DNA of 32,000 nt. It comes from an uncultured Candidatus Saccharimonas sp. (GTDB lineage Bacteria > Patescibacteriota > Saccharimonadia > Saccharimonadales > Saccharimonadaceae). The notes beneath the pieces were generated by a model. That model was given only the letters and a program-made list of their open reading frames with translations. It was not told where the DNA came from and made no database searches. The stretch's first letter is position 1; the number at the start of each line of letters is the position of its first letter. The position numbers were made by a program, and so were the translations under genes. The stretch covers positions 90,001 to 122,000 of the forward strand of contig CAURWT010000002.1 in NCBI GenBank assembly GCA_963528875.1, written 5' to 3'. Positions 16,614 to 25,750 of the stretch are shown here, piece after piece.

Positions 16614-17948
16614 ATGCTAAAAACTAAAAAAGAACTTCGAAAAATGTTCTTCGATAATTTTCTCGGCACGATTGCCGATAATCTTGTCGAAGCAAACTGG
16701 GCGCTAGTAATGGCCTGGTATCCAAATGTAGCTTATGCTCAAAAATCATTAACAATGTTTGCAGTATCAGATACGCTGTGGGTGGTACTTTCGTGTGCTT
16801 ATTATGCCGTTCGAACAGCTCTAGTTGCAAATTTGCCAGCTTACATGGTGGGCAAAAGCGCCGAAAAAGCTTCGAAACCTTTAAAAAATGCATTTTATTT
16901 GGTTTATTTAATTTTAACACCAGCCGCTCTTATTTCTTTTATTTTTGCGGGCGAAATTCTTGGTAGTCTTGGGGTTTCGAAAGAATTGCTTTCAATGTAT
17001 GTGCCTTATTGGCGAATTTGTGTAGCAACAATTTTCTTGATTTGTCCAAACCAGATGTTAATAACTTCTTATCTGAAAGCAACTTTTCGAACACGAGAAG
17101 CAATGATTCTCGACCATGCTACAACTTGGTTTATGGCGATCGGTTCTTTTATAGCACTTTGGGTTTTTAATTGGGGAGCGAATGGAATGATGATTGCTTG
17201 TTTTTTGGCTAACGCAATTCCACTGATTTATTTTTTAATTGCTAAACCTTGCCCGAACTTCTTTAAAAATGGTTTTGAATTTGATCAGAGATGGATTAAA
17301 AAACTTTGGTTAAATACAAAATGGGAAATTATCCGCAGATTAGCTCCACGAATTGTTGCTATTTTCACAACATCATCATTGTTATATCTTTCACCATCAT
17401 TTGTTTCAGCCCGATATTGGATTTATACGATTGGTGCTTTTCTTGAAGGCGTAGTTGATGCAAGCGCAAGTCTTGCAAATGTTGACGTTTCTTACAACTC
17501 GAAATTAGGCTTTAAAACACAAAAAGAAGTTTATCAAAATAACAAATTTATTTGGCGGTTAGCTTTAAAATTTTTCTTTATTCTTACAATTTCGATTGGA
17601 TTTTCGGCGCCAATTTGGGTGAATATTATTTCAAACGATTCAGCGGTAAAAAACGCAATCCTCAATCCGATGATTTTGATTTTATTCGCGATCGAATTTG
17701 GTTCAAAAATTCGCTATTATATCTTGCTTTCAATTACGCGTTCATTTTTGAAAAAATACAATGGCACCATGCAAGTAATTTATGCAGCAGCAACCAGCAT
17801 TCTAACCCCAATTGGAATTTTAATTTTTCTAAAAACTTTAAACCTTGGCTTGACTGGCGTATTCTTGACCACTGCAATTGTTGGATTTTTGCAATTCTTT
17901 TTATCTGAAATTTATCTTCGAAAACAAAAAATTAAAGTTGGATTTTAA
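16614..17948 (+). CDS. Multipass integral membrane protein, probably a MOP-superfamily (MATE/Wzx/MurJ-like) transporter or flippase
   Basis: About 445 aa with many hydrophobic segments along the whole length, of a size typical for 12-14 TM MOP exporters. No diagnostic motif recognised, so the family call is tentative. Start is ATG 16614 (or TTG 16608). Confidence 0.45.
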   Translation: MLKTKKELRKMFFDNFLGTIADNLVEANWALVMAWYPNVAYAQKSLTMFAVSDTLWVVLSCAYYAVRTALVANLPAYMVGKSAEKASKPLKNAFYLVYLILTPAALISFIFAGEILGSLGVSKELLSMYVPYWRICVATIFLICPNQMLITSYLKATFRTREAMILDHATTWFMAIGSFIALWVFNWGANGMMIACFLANAIPLIYFLIAKPCPNFFKNGFEFDQRWIKKLWLNTKWEIIRRLAPRIVAIFTTSSLLYLSPSFVSARYWIYTIGAFLEGVVDASASLANVDVSYNSKLGFKTQKEVYQNNKFIWRLALKFFFILTISIGFSAPIWVNIISNDSAVKNAILNPMILILFAIEFGSKIRYYILLSITRSFLKKYNGTMQVIYAAATSILTPIGILIFLKTLNLGLTGVFLTTAIVGFLQFFLSEIYLRKQKIKVGF

Positions 17949-17959
17949 TTTCGAAAAGT

Positions 17960-17988
17960 TTGAATTTTTAGGCATATTGTGTTATAAT
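17960..17988 (+). promoter_or_regulatory. Sigma70-type promoter with extended -10 for der
   Basis: TTGAAT (17960-17965), 17-nt spacer, TGtTATAAT (17980-17988). Nine nt (taagaaact) separate it from ATG 17998, with no SD. Confidence 0.6.
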
Positions 17989-17997
17989 TAAGAAACT

Positions 17998-19458
17998 ATG
18001 TCTAAAAATCTCCCTAAAGTTGCAATTATTGGTCAGGCGAATGTTGGAAAATCTTCGCTTTTTAATCGAATGATTCGTGCCCAACAAGCCGTTGTTGCAC
18101 GAGAAGCCGGAACGACGCGCGACAGCGTTCTTGGAAAAGTTAGTTACAAAAAACAGGCTTTTTGGCTGATCGATACAGCTGGTCTAAAAGACCCGAATGA
18201 TGATTTTGAAGCGACAATTCAAGAACAAATTCAAGACGCGGTTGACGCCAGTGAATTGATTTTGGTAGTTCTTGATAGCACTAAACCTTTTTCGAACGAA
18301 GACCGCTTGATTGCAAAAAAGGCTTTAAAATCTCGAAAGCCAGTAGTTTTGGTTTTGAACAAAACTGACTTAAAAGGGAATTTACCAAATGAAGAATTTC
18401 TGCGACTTGGTATTAAACCGATTATTCGAACTTCTGCCGAGCACAATGCTGGCGTCGATGAGCTCTTGACCGAAATTGCTGAAAAAATTCCAAAAGTTAA
18501 AGAAGAAAAACGCGATGAAGATATAATTCGTGTGGCTTTGGTTGGACGCCCAAATGCCGGAAAATCTTACCTTTTCAATACGATGGCAGGTAAACAGCAG
18601 GCGATTGTTGCAAATGTTGCTGGAACAACGCGTGATACCAACAAAACGCAAATTCGCTTTAATGAAAAAACTATCGAAATTATCGATACAGCTGGAATGC
18701 GAAAACCCGGCAAACAGGAAGTTGGAATTGAGAAATTTAGTGTGCTTCGAACCTTGAATGCGATTGATGAAGCTGATATTTGTTTGCTTTTGATGGATGC
18801 GAATGAACTCAACACTCAGCTCGATCAACGAATTGCTGGCTTAATTAATGATGCCGGAAAAGGGATGATTATTGTGGTTTCGAAATGGGATAGCGTTGAA
18901 GGAAAAGACGCCTTCACTCGCGATGCTTTGGCGCCACAAATCGCATATTACTTCAAGTTTACACCTTGGGCTCCGTTAATTTTTACAAGTTCGAAAACTG
19001 GCCAAAATGTAACCAAAATTTATGATTTGATTTTGAAAGTTCACCGCAACCGTGCAAGGCAAGCAAAGACTTCAATCTTAAATCAGCTTCTGCAAAAAGC
19101 AACTCAAGCTCATCCACCAGCAGGCTTGAAGAATACTCACCCAAAATTGCGCTATATTTCGCAAAGTGATAGCAATCCACCTTGGTTTATTATTCACGGC
19201 TCAAATTTAAAATTTGTTCATTGGAGCTATAAACGATATTTGGAGCGCTTAATCCGCGAGAATTTCGATTATTCTGGCACGCCGATTAAGTTTTCTTTCA
19301 GAGATGAAAAGCAAATTAAAGAAAACCGCGCAAGAATTTCAGCCGGTAAAAAAATAGTCAACAAAAACTCTGGCGCGCTTAAAAAAGCTACCGATACGCA
19401 AAATAAACGCGAACGCAAACGCGACGAAAAACTCGCTCGAATTCAAAAAAATCAATAA
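17998..19458 (+). CDS. der: Ribosome-biogenesis GTPase Der/EngA (tandem GTPase domains plus KH-like domain) with a Lys/Arg-rich C-terminal tail
   Basis: Two G1 motifs (GQANVGKSS and GRPNAGKSY), two DTAG motifs, and NKTD / SKWD G4 motifs. Confidence 0.93.
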   Translation: MSKNLPKVAIIGQANVGKSSLFNRMIRAQQAVVAREAGTTRDSVLGKVSYKKQAFWLIDTAGLKDPNDDFEATIQEQIQDAVDASELILVVLDSTKPFSNEDRLIAKKALKSRKPVVLVLNKTDLKGNLPNEEFLRLGIKPIIRTSAEHNAGVDELLTEIAEKIPKVKEEKRDEDIIRVALVGRPNAGKSYLFNTMAGKQQAIVANVAGTTRDTNKTQIRFNEKTIEIIDTAGMRKPGKQEVGIEKFSVLRTLNAIDEADICLLLMDANELNTQLDQRIAGLINDAGKGMIIVVSKWDSVEGKDAFTRDALAPQIAYYFKFTPWAPLIFTSSKTGQNVTKIYDLILKVHRNRARQAKTSILNQLLQKATQAHPPAGLKNTHPKLRYISQSDSNPPWFIIHGSNLKFVHWSYKRYLERLIRENFDYSGTPIKFSFRDEKQIKENRARISAGKKIVNKNSGALKKATDTQNKRERKRDEKLARIQKNQ

Positions 19459-19461
19459 TTT

Positions 19462-19485
19462 TCGCCCCGCGCTTGGGGCGATTTT
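19462..19485 (+). terminator. Intrinsic terminator between der and pth
   Basis: GC-rich stem tcgcccc (19462-19468) pairs with ggggcga (19475-19481) around the loop gcgctt, followed by tttt. Confidence 0.7.
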
Positions 19486-19497
19486 CGAAAGGATAAA

Positions 19498-20058
19498 ATG
19501 AAAGTCATACTTTTTCAAGGTAATTTCCCCGAAAAATACAACGGAACTCGCCACAATCTCGGCTTTAATTTTGCAGATTATTTAGCAAAAAAATTTAACG
19601 CAAAATTCCAAGAAAAGCCAAAATTTAAAGCTTTTATTGCCGAAATTACACTTTTTGGTGAAAAAGTTTTGCTTGTTAAACCAACAACTTTTTATAATGA
19701 AACAGGTTTTTCAGCGCAGGCGATTTGTGATTTTTATAAAATTAATTTTCAAAAAGATTTTTTAGCAATTCACGATGATCTAGATTTGGATTTTGGCGTG
19801 GTCCGTGTTCGAAAAAGTGGAAGCTCGGCCGGAAATAATGGTTTGAAATCTTTAATTTCGGTTTTTGGCGAAGATTTTCCAAGAATTAAAATTGGCATCG
19901 CTAATGATTTTTTGCCAACAATCGGCGCGATGAATTTTGTTCTTGCAAAATTTTCGAAAAGTGAAAGCGAAAAACTGCCCCAGATTTTTGAAGTTTGTGA
20001 AGATTTTGTTGAAAAATTCGCGAAAGATTCACTCGAAAACGATAGGCGCTCAATCTAA
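19498..20058 (+). CDS. pth: Peptidyl-tRNA hydrolase
   Basis: YNGTRHNLGF and HDDLDLDFGVVRVRKSGSSAGNNGLKS motifs characteristic of bacterial Pth. SD aagga lies upstream. Confidence 0.92.
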   Translation: MKVILFQGNFPEKYNGTRHNLGFNFADYLAKKFNAKFQEKPKFKAFIAEITLFGEKVLLVKPTTFYNETGFSAQAICDFYKINFQKDFLAIHDDLDLDFGVVRVRKSGSSAGNNGLKSLISVFGEDFPRIKIGIANDFLPTIGAMNFVLAKFSKSESEKLPQIFEVCEDFVEKFAKDSLENDRRSI

Positions 20059-20274
20059 AAAATATTCTTATTTGCTTTTATATAAATAATAAAAATAACC
20101 ATGGGGGGAGCTCTGGCTTTTCTCAGCTTTTTAGCCCCATCAAACACCACTTCAAATTTAGAAGATCTTTCACTTATTGAAATTTCTGTAAAAAAATCTA
20201 CCAAATTTCATATTCACTTCATAAAACTATCATAAAATATAGTTAAGTATGAAACTAAAGCGAAAGGAGATAGA

Positions 20275-21564
20275 TTGAAAATCATACAAAAGTCACTGGC
20301 TTATGTTACACGAAAGAAAAAAAGAACTACGATTGTTTTTTTAATTCTTACCGCGGTGCTTTCAAGCCTATATGCATGCTTGAACGTAGTTAATTCTAGC
20401 AGTAATCTGGAAAATTCGCTATATAAAGCATCGAATTCATCTTTCTCGATAGTTAAGAAAGATTCTCAGGGCTACTTTAGCTACAAAGATGTTAAGAATA
20501 TTCGAAATATTAAAGAAATCAAAGAATCATTGCTTGAATATGAAGGCTTGGCCAAACCTAAAAATGCTAAAGCTATATCCGCTAATCAGCAAGTTCAGCG
20601 AGATGATCTTGGTGAAGACTCAAAAAATACAGTTGCAATTTACAGCACCAACAGTACCGCTAAAAATACGCTCTTTAGCAGTGGTGTATTCAAGCTCAAA
20701 CAAGGTCGTCATCTAGAACAAAACGATAGAGGAAAAGCCTTAATCCACGAAGCTTTCGCTCAAAAAAATAATCTAAAAATTGGTGATAAGATTGAACTAG
20801 ATTTAATAGATACTAGCGGCAAAAAAACTGAAACTCAAAAAACTAAATTCGAAATCATAGGAATTTTTAGCGGTAAAAAACAAGAGAAATACACTGGTTT
20901 ATCTTCTGATTTTAGCGAAAATATGATATTTTCAGATTTCGAAACAGCCATGCAAGCGCTTAATCTGCCAGAAAAGGAAGGCCTTTTAAGCAAAATAACT
21001 CTATACACCGAAACAGCAGATCAGCTAGAAAAAGCCATCGCAAAAACTGAAAAGCTCAATATTGACTGGTATAAATATAAGATCGAGAAAAATAATGCCG
21101 CCTTTAAAGATACTTTAGGGTCAATAGCTGGAGTTAAAAATATTATCAATTTAATGACTTATTTGATAATACTTGGTGGAAGCGTAGTTCTTAGCTTAAT
21201 TCTGATACTTTGGTTGCGCGAGAGGATTTACGAGATAGGAATTTTGCTTTCAATTGGCACAAGCAAGCTTCAAATAGTATTGCAATTTATTATAGAGCTA
21301 GTTTTAATTTCAATCCCAACAACAATCAGCTCTTTCATTCTTGGAAATTTAGTTTTCAGTTTAATCACAAAAGGGCTCAGTGAAGCCGAAGAAACCTCAT
21401 CTGTAGCATCAAGTTTTACAAACAATATTTTTGGATTAGACAGCTTAGCAGTTTTTATGCAAAGCTATAGCATATTAATCACAATAATTATTCTGTCTGT
21501 AATTATCGCATCAACGATGATTTTAGTTAAAAAACCAAAGGAAATTTTATCAAAAATTAGTTAG
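20275..21564 (+). CDS. ABC transporter permease, FtsX/MacB-type (4-TM type with a large extracytoplasmic loop)
   Basis: N-terminal TM (TTIVFLILTAVLSSLYA), a roughly 250-aa hydrophilic loop, then three C-terminal TMs (FtsX-domain-like). TTG start with the strong SD aaggag 5 nt upstream. It is a paralog of 22227-23603. Confidence 0.8.
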   Translation: MKIIQKSLAYVTRKKKRTTIVFLILTAVLSSLYACLNVVNSSSNLENSLYKASNSSFSIVKKDSQGYFSYKDVKNIRNIKEIKESLLEYEGLAKPKNAKAISANQQVQRDDLGEDSKNTVAIYSTNSTAKNTLFSSGVFKLKQGRHLEQNDRGKALIHEAFAQKNNLKIGDKIELDLIDTSGKKTETQKTKFEIIGIFSGKKQEKYTGLSSDFSENMIFSDFETAMQALNLPEKEGLLSKITLYTETADQLEKAIAKTEKLNIDWYKYKIEKNNAAFKDTLGSIAGVKNIINLMTYLIILGGSVVLSLILILWLRERIYEIGILLSIGTSKLQIVLQFIIELVLISIPTTISSFILGNLVFSLITKGLSEAEETSSVASSFTNNIFGLDSLAVFMQSYSILITIIILSVIIASTMILVKKPKEILSKIS

Positions 21565-21573
21565 GAGAATATT

Positions 21574-22212
21574 ATGAAAATATTAGAGATTAAAAATTTA
21601 ACTTATAGCTATAAAGACTCGAAAGAGAAAGTTCTAGCAAACGTTAATGAAAGTTTTGAAGAGGGAAAGTTCTATGCAATTATTGGCAAATCTGGCGCTG
21701 GAAAATCCACATTGCTCTCATTGCTAGCTGGCCTAGATGAACCAGATAGCGGAAAAATACTTTTCAATGGAGAGAATATCCAAGAAACCGGCTACACAAA
21801 TCACCGCAAAAACAACATCTCGCTAGTCTTTCAAAACTATAATCTCATTGATTACCTTTCACCGCTGGAAAATATCCGCCTAGTGAATAACCAAGCTCAG
21901 CAAGATATTTTGCTAGAACTTGGCCTTAGCGAACACCAAGTTAAGCGAAATGTAATGAAACTTTCAGGCGGTCAGCAGCAAAGGGTAGCGATCGCCCGCG
22001 CACTAGTTTCAAGCGCACCTGTTATTTTAGCGGATGAGCCGACTGGAAATCTGGATGAAAACACAGCTAGCGAAATTATCGAAATTCTCAAAAAACTAGC
22101 CAAAGAGAGGAACAAATGTGTAATTGTTGTAACTCACAGCAAAGAAGTTGCGCGCGCCGCCGATATCGTATTCGAACTTAAAAATAAAAAATTAATCAAT
22201 AAACGTGGGTAG
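21574..22212 (+). CDS. ABC transporter ATP-binding protein (MacB/LolD-like)
   Basis: Walker A GKSGAGKST, signature LSGGQQQRVAIARAL, Walker B ILADEPTGNLD and H-loop VTHS. Confidence 0.93.
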   Translation: MKILEIKNLTYSYKDSKEKVLANVNESFEEGKFYAIIGKSGAGKSTLLSLLAGLDEPDSGKILFNGENIQETGYTNHRKNNISLVFQNYNLIDYLSPLENIRLVNNQAQQDILLELGLSEHQVKRNVMKLSGGQQQRVAIARALVSSAPVILADEPTGNLDENTASEIIEILKKLAKERNKCVIVVTHSKEVARAADIVFELKNKKLINKRG

Positions 22213-22226
22213 AAAGGAGTAAAATA

Positions 22227-23603
22227 ATGTTAAAAAATGCTTTTGCGTATGTAACGAGAAAAGGCTTAAAATCACTAGTGATTTTGCTAGTTATCTTGAC
22301 AATGTCGGCCTTAAGTTTAATTAGTTTATCTATCAAAGAAGCCACCGACAAAGCTTCAACTAAAACCTTTAGTAATATCACAAATAGCTTTTCAATGGAA
22401 ATAAACCGCCGAGTTAATCCTGGCACGCCAAGAGGTGGAGGAAACGTTAAAGGCCAAGATATTAAAAAAATTGCAAATTCTGAAAATATAGAAAGCTATG
22501 TAAAGAGAATTAATAGCGTTGCTGATTTAGACGGCTACGACATCATCGAGACAGCCGAAACCACAGCTAACCAATCACCTGAGCGAGCTAAAAATTTTAA
22601 AAGAGCCGTCATGATTACTGGCGTTAATGATTCTTCTAAAGAAACTAAATTCGTTTCAGGCGCATATAAATTAGTTGAAGGCAAGCATTTAGCTGCTCAA
22701 GACAAAAATAAGGTTTTAATTCACAAAGATTTAGCTAAAAAGAACAATCTAAAAGTTAGCGATAAAATTAAGCTAAAATCAAATTTATTTGACGCAGATA
22801 ACGAAAAAGGCGCTAACGAAACGGTAGAAGTTGAAATAAAAGGCCTTTTTGACGGGCACAACAAAGGTGGCGTTACTGCCGCACAAGAACTTTACGAAAA
22901 CACTTTAGTTACAGATATTCACACCGCGGCAAAGGTTTACGGAAACACTGAAGACACAGCAACCTACCAAGATGCAACTTTTTCCGTTAAAGGAAATAAA
23001 AATCTTGACCAAGTTATAAAAGATCTTGGAAAATTAGATATAAATTGGCAAGAATACAGCTTAATTAAAAGCTCTTCAAACTATCCTGCACTTCAGCAAT
23101 CAATTTCAGGAGTTTATTCTATAGCCAACCAGTTATTTGTCGGATCATTGTTATTCGCCGGAATTATAGTTTCACTACTATTGTTCTTGTGGATCAATGC
23201 TCGCAAAAAAGAAATTGCAGTATTACTTTCATTAGGAATTTCAAAAGGCCAAATTTTAGCTCAGTTTGCGGTAGAATTAGCTTTCGTAACGATCCCAGCT
23301 TTCATCGGTTCATATTTCTTGGCTAGTTATGCCGGAAAACACATTGGAAACAATATTTTGCAAAGCGTTACCGGAAATATCGCTAAGCAAATCGCCAAAC
23401 AGTCAGCTTCAACAGGCCTAGGTGGTGGCGCCGAGGTAGATGGATTCAATAAAACTCTCAGCAGTCTTGATATGGCAATCAATCCAAATATGCTAGTCTG
23501 GGTAATTATATTCATGACTATCGTGCTTGCAATTTCGCTATACATCGCTTCATCTGGCATTCTAAAGAAAAACCCTAAAGATTTACTATCAGATGCAGAA
23601 TAA
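22227..23603 (+). CDS. ABC transporter permease, FtsX/MacB-type (second permease of the module)
   Basis: Same topology as 20275-21564, with a similar N-terminus (MLKNAFAYVTRKGLKSLVILLVIL versus MKIIQKSLAYVTRKKKRTTIVFLIL). SD aaggag lies upstream. Confidence 0.8.
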   Translation: MLKNAFAYVTRKGLKSLVILLVILTMSALSLISLSIKEATDKASTKTFSNITNSFSMEINRRVNPGTPRGGGNVKGQDIKKIANSENIESYVKRINSVADLDGYDIIETAETTANQSPERAKNFKRAVMITGVNDSSKETKFVSGAYKLVEGKHLAAQDKNKVLIHKDLAKKNNLKVSDKIKLKSNLFDADNEKGANETVEVEIKGLFDGHNKGGVTAAQELYENTLVTDIHTAAKVYGNTEDTATYQDATFSVKGNKNLDQVIKDLGKLDINWQEYSLIKSSSNYPALQQSISGVYSIANQLFVGSLLFAGIIVSLLLFLWINARKKEIAVLLSLGISKGQILAQFAVELAFVTIPAFIGSYFLASYAGKHIGNNILQSVTGNIAKQIAKQSASTGLGGGAEVDGFNKTLSSLDMAINPNMLVWVIIFMTIVLAISLYIASSGILKKNPKDLLSDAE

Positions 23604-23610
23604 AAAAATA

Positions 23611-23640
23611 ATATCAGCTCCATAATGGCGCTGATATTTT
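23611..23640 (+). terminator. Intrinsic terminator after the ABC genes
   Basis: Stem atatcagc (23611-23618) pairs with gctgatat (23630-23637), followed by tttctttg. Confidence 0.6.
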
Positions 23641-23642
23641 CT

Positions 23643-23671
23643 TTGAAGTCAATACAGTAAAATGATATAAT
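23643..23671 (+). promoter_or_regulatory. Sigma70-type promoter with extended -10 for the OmpR-type two-component operon
   Basis: TTGAAG (23643-23648), 17-nt spacer, TGaTATAAT (23663-23671). Eight nt separate it from ATG 23680, with no SD. Confidence 0.55.
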
Positions 23672-23679
23672 ACTAATAG

Positions 23680-24342
23680 ATGACAATGAAAATACTTATT
23701 ACTGAAGACGACGCAACAATACGAGAAGGAATTTGCGCATATTTATCTGAATTTGGCTACGAAATAATCGAGGCGCGCGATGGGCGAGAGGCTTTATCTA
23801 AATTCGGATCAAATAAAATCGACCTAGTGATTTTAGATATTCAAATTCCATTCATAAATGGCCTAGACGTCCTTAGAAAAATCAGAGAGAAAAGTGATCT
23901 GCCAGTTCTCATTCTAACTGCTTTTAGCGATGAAGAATTCAAAATCACCGCCTTTTCGAACCTGGCGGATGGCTATATTGAAAAACCGTTTTCGCTCCCA
24001 GTTTTAAAAGCTCGAATTGACGCGCTAATTACAAAAAATTATGAAAAATTCGAAGTTTTCAAATATAAAGAGCTAGAAATTAATTTTAGTAATTTTTCTG
24101 CAAAAATAAACAACGCTGAAGCGGAAATCAGCGCAAAAGAAATTGAGGTTTTAAAATACTTATTATTCAACGAAGGCAGAGCTTTGACCAGAAGGCAGAT
24201 TTTAGAAAATGTCTGGAAGGAAAACGAAAACATACCATTCGACCGAGTGATTGACGTTTATATAAAAGATCTACGCAAAAAATTCGGGCTTGATTGCATT
24301 AAAACCATCCGCAATGTCGGCTACAAATTGGAGAGAAAATGA
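23680..24342 (+). CDS. OmpR/PhoB-family response regulator (receiver plus winged-helix DNA-binding domain)
   Basis: ILITEDD, LVILDIQIP, LTAFSD, and the C-terminal winged-helix signature IRNVGYKLE. The start could also be ATG 23686. Confidence 0.9.
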   Translation: MTMKILITEDDATIREGICAYLSEFGYEIIEARDGREALSKFGSNKIDLVILDIQIPFINGLDVLRKIREKSDLPVLILTAFSDEEFKITAFSNLADGYIEKPFSLPVLKARIDALITKNYEKFEVFKYKELEINFSNFSAKINNAEAEISAKEIEVLKYLLFNEGRALTRRQILENVWKENENIPFDRVIDVYIKDLRKKFGLDCIKTIRNVGYKLERK

Positions 24343-25661
24343 GAAATTTGAAAATTTTCCCTAAAATGTTTTTATATACGTTTTCTATGTTAAGTATTTT
24401 AGCGATTTTAATTCATGCGTTGATTTATTTTATTTTTCCAAAAGTTTATCTCGAAACTCGCAAGCAAGAAATTGCTCAAAAAGCAGACCAAATTACTAAG
24501 AATATCCACGGCAAAAATATCGAAAGCATCAAGCAGATACTTGAGCTATATTCTAAAAGTAGCAAAGTTAAAGCTTTTGTTAAAGATAGCAACCATTTAA
24601 ACGAAATTAAAATTGATAACCAGATTGAGGCGGATCTAACCAGCAACAATAACTCTTTAGTCATCGAAGATAGAGAAGTACAGACTGACTCTAACAAAAA
24701 AATATTGGTTAAATTCATCTCAACAACAGATATGAATAAAGACGCAAAAGAGCTAACTTTTCAATTTTTACCAATTTCAATTCTGTTTTCTTTCTTTTTT
24801 TCGTTTATCGTTTCATTAATTTATGCCAAAATCATTACCAAAAATATAAATGAAATCAAAACCACAACTGCTAAAATGATGAAACTTAACCGAAATGCTA
24901 AACTGGAAGTTAACTCCACAAATGAAGTCGGTGCTCTGAAAAGCCAAATAAATGATTTATATTTAACACTCCTAAAATCGATTGACAGCCTAGAGATCAA
25001 AAATCAAGAGATCACTAAGCTCGAAAAACTAAAAAGCGAGTTTTTTAGAGGCGCCTCCCACGAGCTAAAAACCCCTTTAGCGAGCCTTAAAATAATTCTT
25101 GAAAATATGAAATATGGCATTGGCAAATATAAAAACAAAGAGAAATCTATTGAAGATTGTCTTGATATTGTTGATCAACTGGCTCAAAATATCGCTCAAA
25201 TATTATCAACCTCTTCATTCGAAAACCTAAAAAATGATGAGAAGTTTATTAATATCAATAAAATACTACAAAAGGTTCTAGATAACTATAAATTATTAGC
25301 CGAACAAAAAAATATCTCAATAGATAATCAGCTGAGCCAAGAAGAAATTTATATTGGTGAAACAGCGCTAGAAATTATTCTCTCAAATTTAGTGAGCAAT
25401 GCTGTAAAGCATTCCGACCAAAACGGTCAAATAAATATTGGCGTCAAGAATAACTGGTTTTATATTGAAAATTCAAATCAGAATATCAAAGACAACAAAA
25501 ATACTAAAATTTTCGAAACAAATTTTGACCTAAATAAAGAAAAAGGTAGCGGATTCGGACTTTACATAGTTAAAAATATTTTAACAAATTATAAAATTAA
25601 ATATAAAATAGAAAAGAGCAAAATTGGTGTAAAATTTTTAATTGATTTGTCGAAAAAATAG
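24339..25661 (+). CDS. Membrane sensor histidine kinase (two TMs, small extracytoplasmic loop)
   Basis: TM1 FLYTFSMLSILAILIHALIYFIF and TM2 LPISILFSFFFSFIVSLIYAKII; H-box FFRGASHELKTPLASL; N-box LSNLVSNAVKHS; G2 GSGFGLYIVKNI. The ATGA overlap with the regulator gene indicates translational coupling. Confidence 0.88.
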   Translation: MRNLKIFPKMFLYTFSMLSILAILIHALIYFIFPKVYLETRKQEIAQKADQITKNIHGKNIESIKQILELYSKSSKVKAFVKDSNHLNEIKIDNQIEADLTSNNNSLVIEDREVQTDSNKKILVKFISTTDMNKDAKELTFQFLPISILFSFFFSFIVSLIYAKIITKNINEIKTTTAKMMKLNRNAKLEVNSTNEVGALKSQINDLYLTLLKSIDSLEIKNQEITKLEKLKSEFFRGASHELKTPLASLKIILENMKYGIGKYKNKEKSIEDCLDIVDQLAQNIAQILSTSSFENLKNDEKFININKILQKVLDNYKLLAEQKNISIDNQLSQEEIYIGETALEIILSNLVSNAVKHSDQNGQINIGVKNNWFYIENSNQNIKDNKNTKIFETNFDLNKEKGSGFGLYIVKNILTNYKIKYKIEKSKIGVKFLIDLSKK

Positions 25662-25714
25662 ATTACGTTATTATCCTTAAAATTTTATACTTAAGCTTAT
25701 TTTAATACGCTTGG

Positions 25715-25743
25715 TTGAAAAAAATAGCTGAAAATGTTATAAT
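25715..25743 (+). promoter_or_regulatory. Sigma70-type promoter with extended -10 for smpB (leaderless-type geometry)
   Basis: TTGAAA (25715-25720), 17-nt spacer, TGtTATAAT (25735-25743). Seven nt (ttttaag) separate it from ATG 25751. Confidence 0.6.
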
Positions 25744-25750
25744 TTTTAAG

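Noticed and set aside
20059-20274. The 216-bp region between pth and the ABC module, with an atgggg...ccccat inverted pair around 20101-20143, as an attachment site, ncRNA or riboswitch.
   Set aside because: There is only a 6-bp stem with a long loop, no matching repeat at the other end of the module (25662-25750) and no recognisable riboswitch core. The evidence is insufficient.
844-23686. Many 60-150 aa ORFs in the track lie antisense to, or out of frame within, well-supported genes. Examples: 844-1044(-), 1558-1788(-), 2003-2326(-), 2931-3155(+), 5476-5886(-), 10333-10686(-), 12694-13053(-), 17552-17908(+), 18382-18828(-) and 23327-23686(-).
   Set aside because: Each overlaps a gene with clear family motifs. 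They have no SD or promoter context, and their low-complexity or odd composition is typical of shadow ORFs in AT-rich coding DNA.
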